Source: a virus
Lineage: Duplodnaviria > Caudoviricetes
Virus record (IMG/VR): IMGVR_UViG_3300048856_000122
Span: 1-26,540 of that record
DNA: 26,540 bases
Strand: one strand, 5' to 3'
Shown here: in pieces, positions 17,494 through 24,410 of the stretch
How the letters are laid out: each line of letters begins with the position of its first letter
Position numbering within the stretch: position 1 is the first letter of the stretch
Notes under the pieces: model-generated
Databases searched by the model: none
Seen by the model: the letters and a program-made list of their open reading frames with translations, nothing else
Told to the model about the DNA's origin: nothing
Program-made: the position numbers and the translations under genes

Positions 17494-18509
17494 GAGGCGA
17501 GCTCGTGCGTGTCCTGCACGTCGAGCGCGGGGACGCGCACACCGCCGCGCTGCTCGGTGAACGTGCGCCCCTCGCCATGGTCGCGCCCGCCCCACACGAA
17601 CGCGCGGGCGGGCGCGCCACGTCCGGCCAGCTCGCACGTCAGCAGCACGGGGCACGCCGCGCACAGCTCGCGGGCGGCCCGAGCGCGCTCGCGGGGGTCG
17701 TTGCTGCACGGGTCGGGCCGGTCGTCGCCGGGGCGACCGGCGCCGACGCACGCGGCGCCCTCGAGCGCGGCGCCGTCGGGCCCGACGAGCGCGGCGAGCA
17801 CGCCGCCACTGCCGGCGGCGGGCGTGCGCCTGCGCCGCTGGTGTACCGCGGTGTCGAGCACGCCGACGTTCTGCGGCACGCCCGGGGCGATGCCGTGCCG
17901 CTTGCGGGTCCGTAGCACCGTCTCGGCGGCGCACTCGAGCCGGGCCGCGATAGCGCGGTCGGTGAGGCCCTCGTCGGCCAGGCGGCGCACCTCGTCGGGG
18001 TCGATCTTGGCGGGGGTGCGGTAGTTCGACGGCAGGCCGAGGCGCTTGCGGGCGTCATGCACGGCGTTGGGGGACACACCGAGCTCGGCGGCGATTGCCG
18101 GGTCGAGCAGGCCGGCGGCGTGCAGCTCGCGCAGCCGGTCCTCGGGGACGCGCGAGGGGCGCGGGGTGCGCAGGGTGCGCGGCGGGGTGTTCGCGGGCAG
18201 ACCGACGTCGCGGCGGGCGTCGCCCACGCTGCCGAGGTTCGCGTCGAGACGCTCGGCGATCTGCCGGTCGGTCAGGCCCTTGCGCACGAGCTGCGCGACG
18301 ACGTCGCGGTCGAGGGGCGGGCGCCGGAGGGTCGCCGGCGCGACCTCGTCGATGGTGCCCTGCTCGCGGCGGCGGTTGTGGCACGTGCTGCACAGGCCGC
18401 GGGCGGCGTGGCGCTTGTGCCCGGGAGGGGGCAGCTCGCCGCGGCGGCGGGGCGCGAGGGGCGCGCGGCAGTCGTGGCAGCGCATGGTGGGGGCGGTCGT
18501 GGTGGTCAT
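17490..18509 (-). CDS. Transcription regulator: Zn-finger + three HTH repeats + C-terminal WhiB-like domain (339 aa)
   Basis: CHDC..H..GLCSTC; three GLxDxxIAxxL...R...GL repeats; AAC..ARELCAACPVLLTC..FVWGG WhiB signature; ATG at 18509 with GGAGG. Confidence 0.8.
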   Translation of the reverse strand: MTTTTAPTMRCHDCRAPLAPRRRGELPPPGHKRHAARGLCSTCHNRRREQGTIDEVAPATLRRPPLDRDVVAQLVRKGLTDRQIAERLDANLGSVGDARRDVGLPANTPPRTLRTPRPSRVPEDRLRELHAAGLLDPAIAAELGVSPNAVHDARKRLGLPSNYRTPAKIDPDEVRRLADEGLTDRAIAARLECAAETVLRTRKRHGIAPGVPQNVGVLDTAVHQRRRRTPAAGSGGVLAALVGPDGAALEGAACVGAGRPGDDRPDPCSNDPRERARAARELCAACPVLLTCELAGRGAPARAFVWGGRDHGEGRTFTEQRGGVRVPALDVQDTHELAS

Positions 18510-18586
18510 GGTGTGGTCCTCCGTGGTCAGGGGCCGGGGCGCCCGGTGAGGGGCGCCCCGGCGTCGGATATGCGACGCGCGATACG

Positions 18587-18889
18587 TCAACGAATCGCGC
18601 TCGCCTTGACGGCGATGCACCTCTGCGCGACGGACAGCACGACGGGCGCGCCGCGTGCCGGGTTGCGGGTGAGCTTCTCGACGAGCGCCTCGGCGTGCTC
18701 GTCGGTCGGCCGCAGCCACCACGACGACACCTCCGGGCCGGCCGACCACACGTACCAGCGGCCAGGCAGCTCCCACAGGCCGACGGTCGTCCCGGCGCGC
18801 GGCTTCGCGATGCCCCGGGAACGGCGCATGTTCTCGCTCTTGGGGTCGAGCTTGAGCAGCAGGTCGCCGCCCTTCTTCGCGGCGGTCAC
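18587..18889 (-). CDS. Hypothetical protein (100 aa)
   Basis: GTGA-coupled to the recT-like stop; normal composition. Confidence 0.65.
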   Translation of the reverse strand: MTAAKKGGDLLLKLDPKSENMRRSRGIAKPRAGTTVGLWELPGRWYVWSAGPEVSSWWLRPTDEHAEALVEKLTRNPARGAPVVLSVAQRCIAVKASAIR

Positions 18890-19860
18890 GCGGCCTCACC
18901 CTCTCCACCCTCGGCAGCCGGCCCCGGCTCCGGTGCGGCGTCGACGGCCCCCGCGTCAGCCGGCGCTGCGGGCTGCTGCGCCTGCGCGTCGAGCTCGCCC
19001 TGCAACGCGGCGATGACCTGCGCGGCCTCAGCCTCGGTCAGAGCGTCGGCGTTCGGCACCTCCCGGCCGGCCACCTCGGTCGCCAGGGCGAGCATGCTCG
19101 CCTTGTTGAGCCCGGTCTGCTCCATGAGGTCGCGCATGGTGCGGCGCTGCTCCATCGTGAGCCGGGCCGTGGTCGGGTCGTGCTGCTCGATCTGCGCCGG
19201 GGCGGGGGCGGGCTGCTGCCACGCGTCCGCCTGCTGCACGGTCACCCGCTCGACGGCGGTGTCCTGCTGCGCGGCGCCCTGCATCTCCTCGGCCGTGTAG
19301 GCGAGGCCGAGCAGCGCGTCGGGCGCGATGCGGCGGCACACGTCGCCCAGCGCACGGGCGTACAGCATCGCCCGCGGGTTCTTCCGGTACTGCGCGTTCG
19401 ACGTGTACCCGGCCCGCTCGGCGTCGGCCATGGTGTAGCGAATGCGCTCGACGCGGTCGGGCGCCCAGCCCTTGCGGCGCCCGGCGACCGTGACGCCCTC
19501 GTCCGACTCGTCCTCGGTCCACACGTCGTGCCCGGCGGCCATGACGACGGCGGCCATGGTGCGGGCGTACATGGCGGGCTTGCCGCCGATGACGAACACA
19601 GACTGCAACGCGGTAAGCGGGTCGAGGCCGACCTGCGCGCCGTACAGGATCGCCGCCGTAGCATCGTCGGCCTTGCCGCGGAACGCGGTCGGGGCGAACG
19701 TGGTGTTCGCGAGGGCGTTGCCGATGCGGTACGCGTCGTCGAGCGACTGAGCGGTCGCCCGGATGAGCGCCGACGCGGCCGGCAGGATCGCGCCCGGCAG
19801 GGGCGCCGGCGCGGGCGACGGCTCGACGGCCGCCGGAGTGGTGGTGGTGAGGTCGGTCAT
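18886..19860 (-). CDS. RecT-like ssDNA-annealing recombinase (324 aa)
   Basis: AILYGAQVGLDPLTALQSVFVIGGKP, YRKNPRAMLYARA..CRRIAPDALLGL..AEE motifs; adjacent to exonuclease. Confidence 0.8.
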   Translation of the reverse strand: MTDLTTTTPAAVEPSPAPAPLPGAILPAASALIRATAQSLDDAYRIGNALANTTFAPTAFRGKADDATAAILYGAQVGLDPLTALQSVFVIGGKPAMYARTMAAVVMAAGHDVWTEDESDEGVTVAGRRKGWAPDRVERIRYTMADAERAGYTSNAQYRKNPRAMLYARALGDVCRRIAPDALLGLAYTAEEMQGAAQQDTAVERVTVQQADAWQQPAPAPAQIEQHDPTTARLTMEQRRTMRDLMEQTGLNKASMLALATEVAGREVPNADALTEAEAAQVIAALQGELDAQAQQPAAPADAGAVDAAPEPGPAAEGGEGEAA

Positions 19861-19887
19861 GGTGTGGTCCTCCGTGGTCGGTGGGGG

Positions 19888-20811
19888 TCAGGCGAGCCCG
19901 TGCACGAGCACAGGCGGGGCGGGGGTGCGCAGGTACTCCGGCGGGCGCGTCTGGTGGATGCCGGTCGGGTACCCGGGCCACACGTCGAGCCCGGACTCGA
20001 CGAGCGCGCGGTACAACTCGACGGCGTGCCCGTACAAGGTCCGGCCGCGCTCGATGTACTCCCACGCCAGCTCGTGCACGGCGACGAGGTGCGGCGCCTC
20101 GGACTCCACCGCGATGTGAATGAAGCTCACGTCGTCGGGGTTGTCGAGGCCGAGCGCCATGGCGAGCACGTCGCCGTACAGCGCGCCTTGCAGGTCGTAC
20201 CCGAGGTCGGCGACGCGATGCGGCCAGCGCAACGGGTCGGCGGTCTGCCCGGTCTTGAGGTCGACAATCCGGGGTCGGTCGCGGTGCAGGGCGTCGAACC
20301 GGGCGCGGACGCGCACACCGTCGATCGTGACGAACGCGGACACCTCCGGGTCGGCGGGCACCTCGAGCTCGCGGCGGGCGTCCGGGTGGGCCAGCACCTC
20401 GCGGGCCATGGCGCGCGCCTTGACGAGTTCGTGCCGCAGGATCGGCACGCCGCCGGCCTCGCGAACCTCGTTGCGGTGGGCGCGGGCGCTCGGGGTCTTG
20501 TAGTCCTCAGCGTCGCTCTTGGTGCCGTCCTTCGCCGTGGTCTGCACGACCACGACGTCGAGGCCGGTACCGAGCACCTCGCCATGCACCACGTGCCCGA
20601 GGTCGAACTCACGCTTGTTGGTGCGGTGTGCCTGCTCGTGCTGGAACTTCCGGGGCGCCTTGATTAGCAACTTCATGCCGGACGACGAGAGCTCCGGCCC
20701 GGCGTGGTAGCCGTCGGGGCCGTCCTCGGGCAGGGCGTAGACGAGGCCGTCGCGGGCGGGGTCGACGTCGACGGCGGCGCGCAGGGCGGCGTCGGCGGGG
20801 CGGGTGGTCAT
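19888..20811 (-). CDS. RecE/exonuclease VIII-like PD-(D/E)XK nuclease (307 aa)
   Basis: YH..LSSSG.K.L, FDLGHVVH, EVS, RARFD, IVDLKT, YDLQGALY, FIHIAVE motifs; ATG at 20811 with GGAGG. Confidence 0.85.
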   Translation of the reverse strand: MTTRPADAALRAAVDVDPARDGLVYALPEDGPDGYHAGPELSSSGMKLLIKAPRKFQHEQAHRTNKREFDLGHVVHGEVLGTGLDVVVVQTTAKDGTKSDAEDYKTPSARAHRNEVREAGGVPILRHELVKARAMAREVLAHPDARRELEVPADPEVSAFVTIDGVRVRARFDALHRDRPRIVDLKTGQTADPLRWPHRVADLGYDLQGALYGDVLAMALGLDNPDDVSFIHIAVESEAPHLVAVHELAWEYIERGRTLYGHAVELYRALVESGLDVWPGYPTGIHQTRPPEYLRTPAPPVLVHGLA

Positions 20812-21146
20812 GCACCCTCCCGCGTGTAGGTGTAGTTCGTGAGCGGCAGCAGGCCGGTCACGTGGTCGCCGATTCGCAGGGCGACGGCACCCGCCCTGAC
20901 GTCGACGTACGCGACGGGGCGAGGGTCGAGGTCGCCGGACACGTGGTCGGCGTAGTCGCCGATCTGCACGTCGGCGGGGTCGATCTTGCGGGCCATGGTG
21001 GCGGTCCTCTCGGTGGTGGTCAGGGGGCGGCCGAGGTCGAGCGCGTCGACGGTGAACCCGTCGGCGAGGCAGCGGGTGCACAGGCCGTTGGCGTCGACGT
21101 CGGCGCGCTCGACGCGGCGGCCGCAGCACACGCACTCGGCGGTCAC
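20808..21146 (-). CDS. Hypothetical protein: N-terminal CxxC-CxxC finger in frame with a 62-aa unit that has its own start at 20996
   Basis: GTGA-coupled start 21146; CVCC..CTRC; internal GAGAGG RBS plus ATG at 20996. Confidence 0.6.
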   Translation of the reverse strand: MTAECVCCGRRVERADVDANGLCTRCLADGFTVDALDLGRPLTTTERTATMARKIDPADVQIGDYADHVSGDLDPRPVAYVDVRAGAVALRIGDHVTGLLPLTNYTYTREGA

Positions 21147-21469
21147 GGGAGCACCTCGAGGTCGTCGACGAGCACGCGCTCGAGCGTGCGGCGCAGGTCG
21201 TAGGCGACGAGCGCGACGCGCAGGCTCTCGGCGGGGGTGTAGGTGGTCGGCTCGCCCTCGAATCCCCACAGGGTGCGGCCGTTCGTCAGCGTGCGGAGGG
21301 CGACGAGGATGCCCTCACGGGTGCGCCCCGTCTGACCGGGGAACAGGTCGCGCGGCTCCCACCGCTTGAGGTGTCCACGGTCGCCGGTGATGTTGCTCGC
21401 GTAGCCGATCGCGGTGCGGGTGAGCACGCGGGAGTAGCGCACGTGGGCGCCGAGCGTGAGGGCGGTCAT
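21143..21469 (-). CDS. Hypothetical phage protein (108 aa)
   Basis: ATGA-coupled start at 21469 (MTALTLGAHVRY); EGILVALRTLTNG. Confidence 0.7.
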   Translation of the reverse strand: MTALTLGAHVRYSRVLTRTAIGYASNITGDRGHLKRWEPRDLFPGQTGRTREGILVALRTLTNGRTLWGFEGEPTTYTPAESLRVALVAYDLRRTLERVLVDDLEVLP

Positions 21470-21801
21470 CGGGTCACGCCCGCGCGGTGGGCGGCGGCGA
21501 GCAGCACGACGGCTGCCACGACGGGCGGCACGAGGTGCAGGCCCGTCCCGGTCAGGGACGGCACGAGCAGCAGCAGCACGAGCAGCACGGCCATGGCGAG
21601 GCCGACGCCGACGGCGAGCCACAGCAGGCCGCGCAGGGTCGGCCCGTTGAACGTCTCGCGGGCGTCGTGCCAGCCGCGCACGTAGGCACCGCGGCGGAAG
21701 TGGTTGAGGGCGCTGCTCGGGTACGTGAGGTCCCACGAGGTCTCGTGCTCGGGGTACAGCGCCTCGGCGCGCTCGTCGGGGTCGGTGGTGAGGGCGGTCA
21801 T
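21466..21801 (-). CDS. Membrane protein with two C-terminal TM helices (111 aa)
   Basis: GGAG RBS; LLWLAVGVGLAMAVLLVLLLLV and LVPPVVAAVVLLAAA. Confidence 0.7.
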   Translation of the reverse strand: MTALTTDPDERAEALYPEHETSWDLTYPSSALNHFRRGAYVRGWHDARETFNGPTLRGLLWLAVGVGLAMAVLLVLLLLVPSLTGTGLHLVPPVVAAVVLLAAAHRAGVTR

Positions 21802-21834
21802 GGTGTGTCTCCGGTGTGGTCGGTGGGGGAGAGG

Positions 21835-21984
21835 TCAGGCGGCGGCGCGGCGCTCGGCGACGGCGCGAGCGGCGGGGCGCAGCAGGGCGGCAAGCCGCTC
21901 GAGCTGCTGGGGGGTCGGGGGTGGCGCTGTTGCGGCGAGTCGGGCCGCATAGGCGGCGATCGCGTCGGATTTGGAACGGGTCAA
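21835..21984 (-). CDS. Recombination directionality factor, phiRv1 Xis (Rv1584c)-like, 49 aa
   Basis: TTG start overlapping cro stop (TTGA) after GGAGGTG; IAAYAARLAATAPPPTPQQLERLAALLRP resembles the recalled Rv1584c C-terminus IADYLIRTLAAAPPLTDEQRTRLAELLRP. Confidence 0.75.
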   Translation of the reverse strand: MTRSKSDAIAAYAARLAATAPPPTPQQLERLAALLRPAARAVAERRAAA

Positions 21985-22271
21985 TCCGACACCTCCGATG
22001 CCGGAACGTCGGATATGCGACGGGAGTGGAAACGGATCGGCCCGCCGATGTTGAACAGGTCGCACCTCACGACGCCGAGGATGCCCTCGATGGCGAGCGT
22101 CTGGCCGGCCTTGAAGTGCGACCGGCACCGCTCCTTGTTGCGGTACGTGGTGGTCGGAATCCTGAGCGCTTCGGCGACCTCTTCCTGCGTCATGCCTGCG
22201 CGCCGTCGCGCCACACGGACTCGGAGCGAGACCTGCGCCTCGAACGATTCGGGGTCGGGTGGGGTTGCCAT
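21981..22271 (-). CDS. Cro-like XRE-family HTH regulator (96 aa)
   Basis: RVRVARRRAGMTQEEVAEALRIPTTTYRNKE HTH_3 motif; first gene of the early operon, divergent from repressor. Confidence 0.85.
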   Translation of the reverse strand: MATPPDPESFEAQVSLRVRVARRRAGMTQEEVAEALRIPTTTYRNKERCRSHFKAGQTLAIEGILGVVRCDLFNIGGPIRFHSRRISDVPASEVSD

Positions 22272-22277
22272 AGCCTG

Positions 22278-22306
22278 AGCCTAAGCGTCGGATATGCGAC
22301 GCGCAA
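22278..22306 (-). promoter_or_regulatory. Early lytic promoter TTGCGC-N17-TAGGCT, probably leaderless, with an operator filling the spacer (22286-22301)
   Basis: -10 lies 6 nt before the cro ATG; no RBS. Confidence 0.75.
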
Positions 22307-22341
22307 CCGCGACACACCGAGGGTGATTTCACTACCCGACC

Positions 22342-22355
22342 GTTTGATATCCGAC
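22342..22355 (-). promoter_or_regulatory. Inverted operator variant GTCGGATATCAAAC overlapping TTGATA upstream of the repressor gene
   Basis: Only copy in the opposite orientation, matching the direction of the repressor gene. Confidence 0.55.
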
Positions 22356-22379
22356 GCTGCGGCGGCAATTATGGTCAGC

Positions 22380-22709
22380 ATGACCACAAAGCAGGAGGAC
22401 CAGCCGCAGCGCGCCGCCGTCGACCTCAGTCGCCAGCTTGGGCTGGCGCTACGCGACATCTTGCGCGAGCGCGACCTGCGCCTCGACGACGTCGCGACCG
22501 CGCTCGGCCGCTCCCGCGCCTACGTGTCAACGCGCACGAGCGGCGCCCGCGACCTGTCGCTCGACATCGTCGCCGCGGCGGCCGGACTCGTGCACCTCAC
22601 CCCGCACGCACTCATGCTCGAGGTCACTACGCGTGCTGCGTCGCTAGCTGCGAGCGGAGGATCGACAGCAGGCCCACAGTCGCAGGGCACGGAAGATCGG
22701 GAGCAGTAG
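22380..22709 (+). CDS. Immunity repressor candidate, XRE HTH, 109 aa, no peptidase domain
   Basis: LRDILRERDLRLDDVATALGRSRAYVSTRTSGARDLSLDIV HTH; only plus-strand phage gene, between cro and integrase; alternative start 22371. Confidence 0.8.
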   Translation: MTTKQEDQPQRAAVDLSRQLGLALRDILRERDLRLDDVATALGRSRAYVSTRTSGARDLSLDIVAAAAGLVHLTPHALMLEVTTRAASLAASGGSTAGPQSQGTEDREQ

Positions 22710-22806
22710 GCGAGTGTGCGCGGTTGAACACGCACACCGTGACGGGGCACAGCAGCCCGAACTCGCACACCGTCGGTCGGGCTTCGTCGTCGCCCGCTAC
22801 TCCCAT
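22627..22806 (-). CDS. Cys-rich micro-protein (59 aa), candidate SOS-induced antirepressor
   Basis: AGGGGG-N5-ATG at 22806 just downstream of a LexA box; C14,C20,C25,H31,C40; overlaps the repressor 3' end antisense by 83 nt. Confidence 0.55.
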   Translation of the reverse strand: MGVAGDDEARPTVCEFGLLCPVTVCVFNRAHSPTAPDLPCPATVGLLSILRSQLATQHA

Positions 22807-22821
22807 CCGTACCCCCTGTGT

Positions 22822-22837
22822 TCGAACAACTGTTCGA
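22822..22837. promoter_or_regulatory. LexA (SOS) box TCGAAC-AACT-GTTCGA
   Basis: Perfect match to the actinobacterial consensus TCGAAC-N4-GTTCGA, intergenic in the immunity region. Confidence 0.9.
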
Positions 22838-22867
22838 ATATTGACAGAGCGCGCTCGAATAGCGCAA
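22838..22867 (-). promoter_or_regulatory. Putative promoter TTGCGC-N18-CAATAT (TGn extended -10) whose start site would fall in the LexA box
   Basis: Minus-strand reading; same TTGCGY -35 as the cro and late promoters. Confidence 0.55.
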
Positions 22868-22895
22868 GGGGAGGGCGGGTGAAAGCGGGTCGGCG

Positions 22896-24308
22896 TCAGT
22901 CGTCGGCGCGCCACCTGAACTGCACGGACTCCGGATCGAACGCCTTGCGGCCGTGGACGCCGGGCAGCAGCACGACGACGGCCAGCGTGTCGACGACGGC
23001 GCGCTGCGTCGCAAGGTCGACCGTGTCGAATGCCGCCGCGCGGTCCGGCGCGCCGAGTACGGCCGCCGCCGCGCCCGAGGCGACGCTGCGGGCGCGCTCC
23101 TGCTCCACCTGCGCGAGCTCCGCCTCGGCCTTGCCGCGCGCCGCCGCGTACCGGGCGCCGTCGATGTACCCGGCGTCGTAGTCCGCGGCGAACCGCTCGA
23201 GACGCTCTCGCAGTTCACGCGCCCGCACCACGAGGTCGTGCACCTCGGGTGTGGCGTCGTCCGGCGCAAGGAGTGAGGCGTAGTCGTCCCGCGCGAGCTG
23301 GGCCCGGATTGAGGCGCGCACCGTCTCGTCGATGTCGGGCCGCACGCGGGTGATGCACCCGGCCTTGCACCGGTAGCGGTTGCCCGACCACGACGACACC
23401 GGCGCGCCCGGGAGCGCGCCGCGCTCGTCGGTCCCTCCGCCGCAGACACCGCACCGGTACAGGCCCGACCCGAGGTGCATGCGCTCGGTCGACTTCTGCG
23501 TGCGCCGTTGGGGGTCGGAGAGCGCCGCCACGACGAGACGGTGCGCGTCCTCGTCGATGAGCGCCGGCCACTGCCCCCGCGCCGGCAGCTCGTCGCCCTT
23601 GTAGACGCTGATCCCGGCGTAGTGCGGGTTCATGGCGATGCCGCGAACGGTGCTCACCCGCCACGGCTTGCCGTGCCGAGTCGGAGCGCCCTCGGCCTCG
23701 AGCTCGCGCGCGATCGAGTACAGCGGCACGCCGTCGAGCACCTGCTGCACTACCCGCTTGACGACGGGCGCCTCGGCCTCGTCGACGACGACGGTGCGCC
23801 CCCGGCGCGCGTACCCGTACGGCGTCGGCCCGAGCGGCAGCAGGCCGCGCTCCGCCCGCTGCCGGGCGGCACGCTGCTGCCGGTCCGCCTTCACGTCGAT
23901 TTCGTTCTGCGCGACGGAACCGAGCACGTCGGCGATGAGCCGGCCTGACGGCGTCGACAGGTCAAGGTCGCTACCGCGCACGAGCGCGACGATGATGCCC
24001 CGCTCACGCCCGATGTCGAGCAGCCGCAGACGGTCGCGCGCGTTGCGGGTGATGCGGTCGAGCGTCCACGCGACGACAGCGTCGGCCCGACCCTCCGCGA
24101 GGTCGGCGAGCAGCGCCTCGAACCCGGGCCGCCGGCGCTTGCCCGCGGCGCTCACGTCGTTGTCCGTGTACTCGGCGACAACGTCGAACCCGCGGCGCCG
24201 CGCCAGCTCGCGGGCGTCCTCTAGCTGGCGGGTCACCCCCAGCTGCTCGCCGGTGTGGTCGCGGGAGATGCGCACGTATATAGCTGCACGAGGAGCCCCT
24301 GTGGTCAT
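22896..24308 (-). CDS. int: Large serine integrase, phiRv1 (Rv1586c)-like, 470 aa
   Basis: AIYVRISRD catalytic Ser, DNDVSA, LDRITR, PYGY recombinase domain, YRCGVC..YRC...C zinc ribbon, coiled coil, FDPESVQFRW end; TACGCT 7 nt before ATG suggests a leaderless mRNA. Confidence 0.95.
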   Translation of the reverse strand: MTTGAPRAAIYVRISRDHTGEQLGVTRQLEDARELARRRGFDVVAEYTDNDVSAAGKRRRPGFEALLADLAEGRADAVVAWTLDRITRNARDRLRLLDIGRERGIIVALVRGSDLDLSTPSGRLIADVLGSVAQNEIDVKADRQQRAARQRAERGLLPLGPTPYGYARRGRTVVVDEAEAPVVKRVVQQVLDGVPLYSIARELEAEGAPTRHGKPWRVSTVRGIAMNPHYAGISVYKGDELPARGQWPALIDEDAHRLVVAALSDPQRRTQKSTERMHLGSGLYRCGVCGGGTDERGALPGAPVSSWSGNRYRCKAGCITRVRPDIDETVRASIRAQLARDDYASLLAPDDATPEVHDLVVRARELRERLERFAADYDAGYIDGARYAAARGKAEAELAQVEQERARSVASGAAAAVLGAPDRAAAFDTVDLATQRAVVDTLAVVVLLPGVHGRKAFDPESVQFRWRADD

Positions 24309-24326
24309 GCGGCGCAGCGTATCGCA

Positions 24327-24375
24327 CAGACGTTTGATTCTGTCGCGCCTCGGTGGAGTTCCGCTTCAACGTCTG
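24327..24375. other. Prophage attachment junction (hybrid P/B site), predicted crossover GT at 24353-24354
   Basis: Inverted 8-mers CAGACGTT (24327-24334) and AACGTCTG (24368-24375), offset by 5 bp around the symmetric core CTCg-GT-gGAG. Confidence 0.7.
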
Positions 24376-24376
24376 A
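24353..24376 (+). pseudogene. ychF: Displaced 3' end of host ychF (VEFRFNV-stop)
   Basis: GTG GAG TTC CGC TTC AAC GTC TGA matches the recalled conserved actinobacterial YchF terminus DGDVVEFRFNV; followed by a strong hairpin. Confidence 0.8.
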
Positions 24377-24410
24377 GCCACACCGACGCCGGCACCGGCG
24401 TCCCTGCCGC

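Larger units (their letters stand above)
1..24354. mobile_element. Temperate prophage (right part), integrated by a large serine integrase into the 3' end of host ychF; continues beyond the left edge
   Basis: Contiguous, translationally coupled (ATGA/GTGA) minus-strand operons with integrase, repressor/Cro, recombination, replication, terminase, portal and capsid genes; att-like junction at 24327-24375 followed by host-type sequence. Confidence 0.95.

Noticed and set aside
13431-22301. Repeated 16-mer as a CRISPR array or transposon ends
   Set aside because: Copies are hundreds of bases to kilobases apart, too short, no regular spacers, no cas or transposase genes
22841-22846. Plus-strand TTGACA beside the LexA box as a promoter antisense to int
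   Set aside because: No TAnnnT at 16-19 bp spacing; the minus-strand arrangement fits better, though not formally excluded
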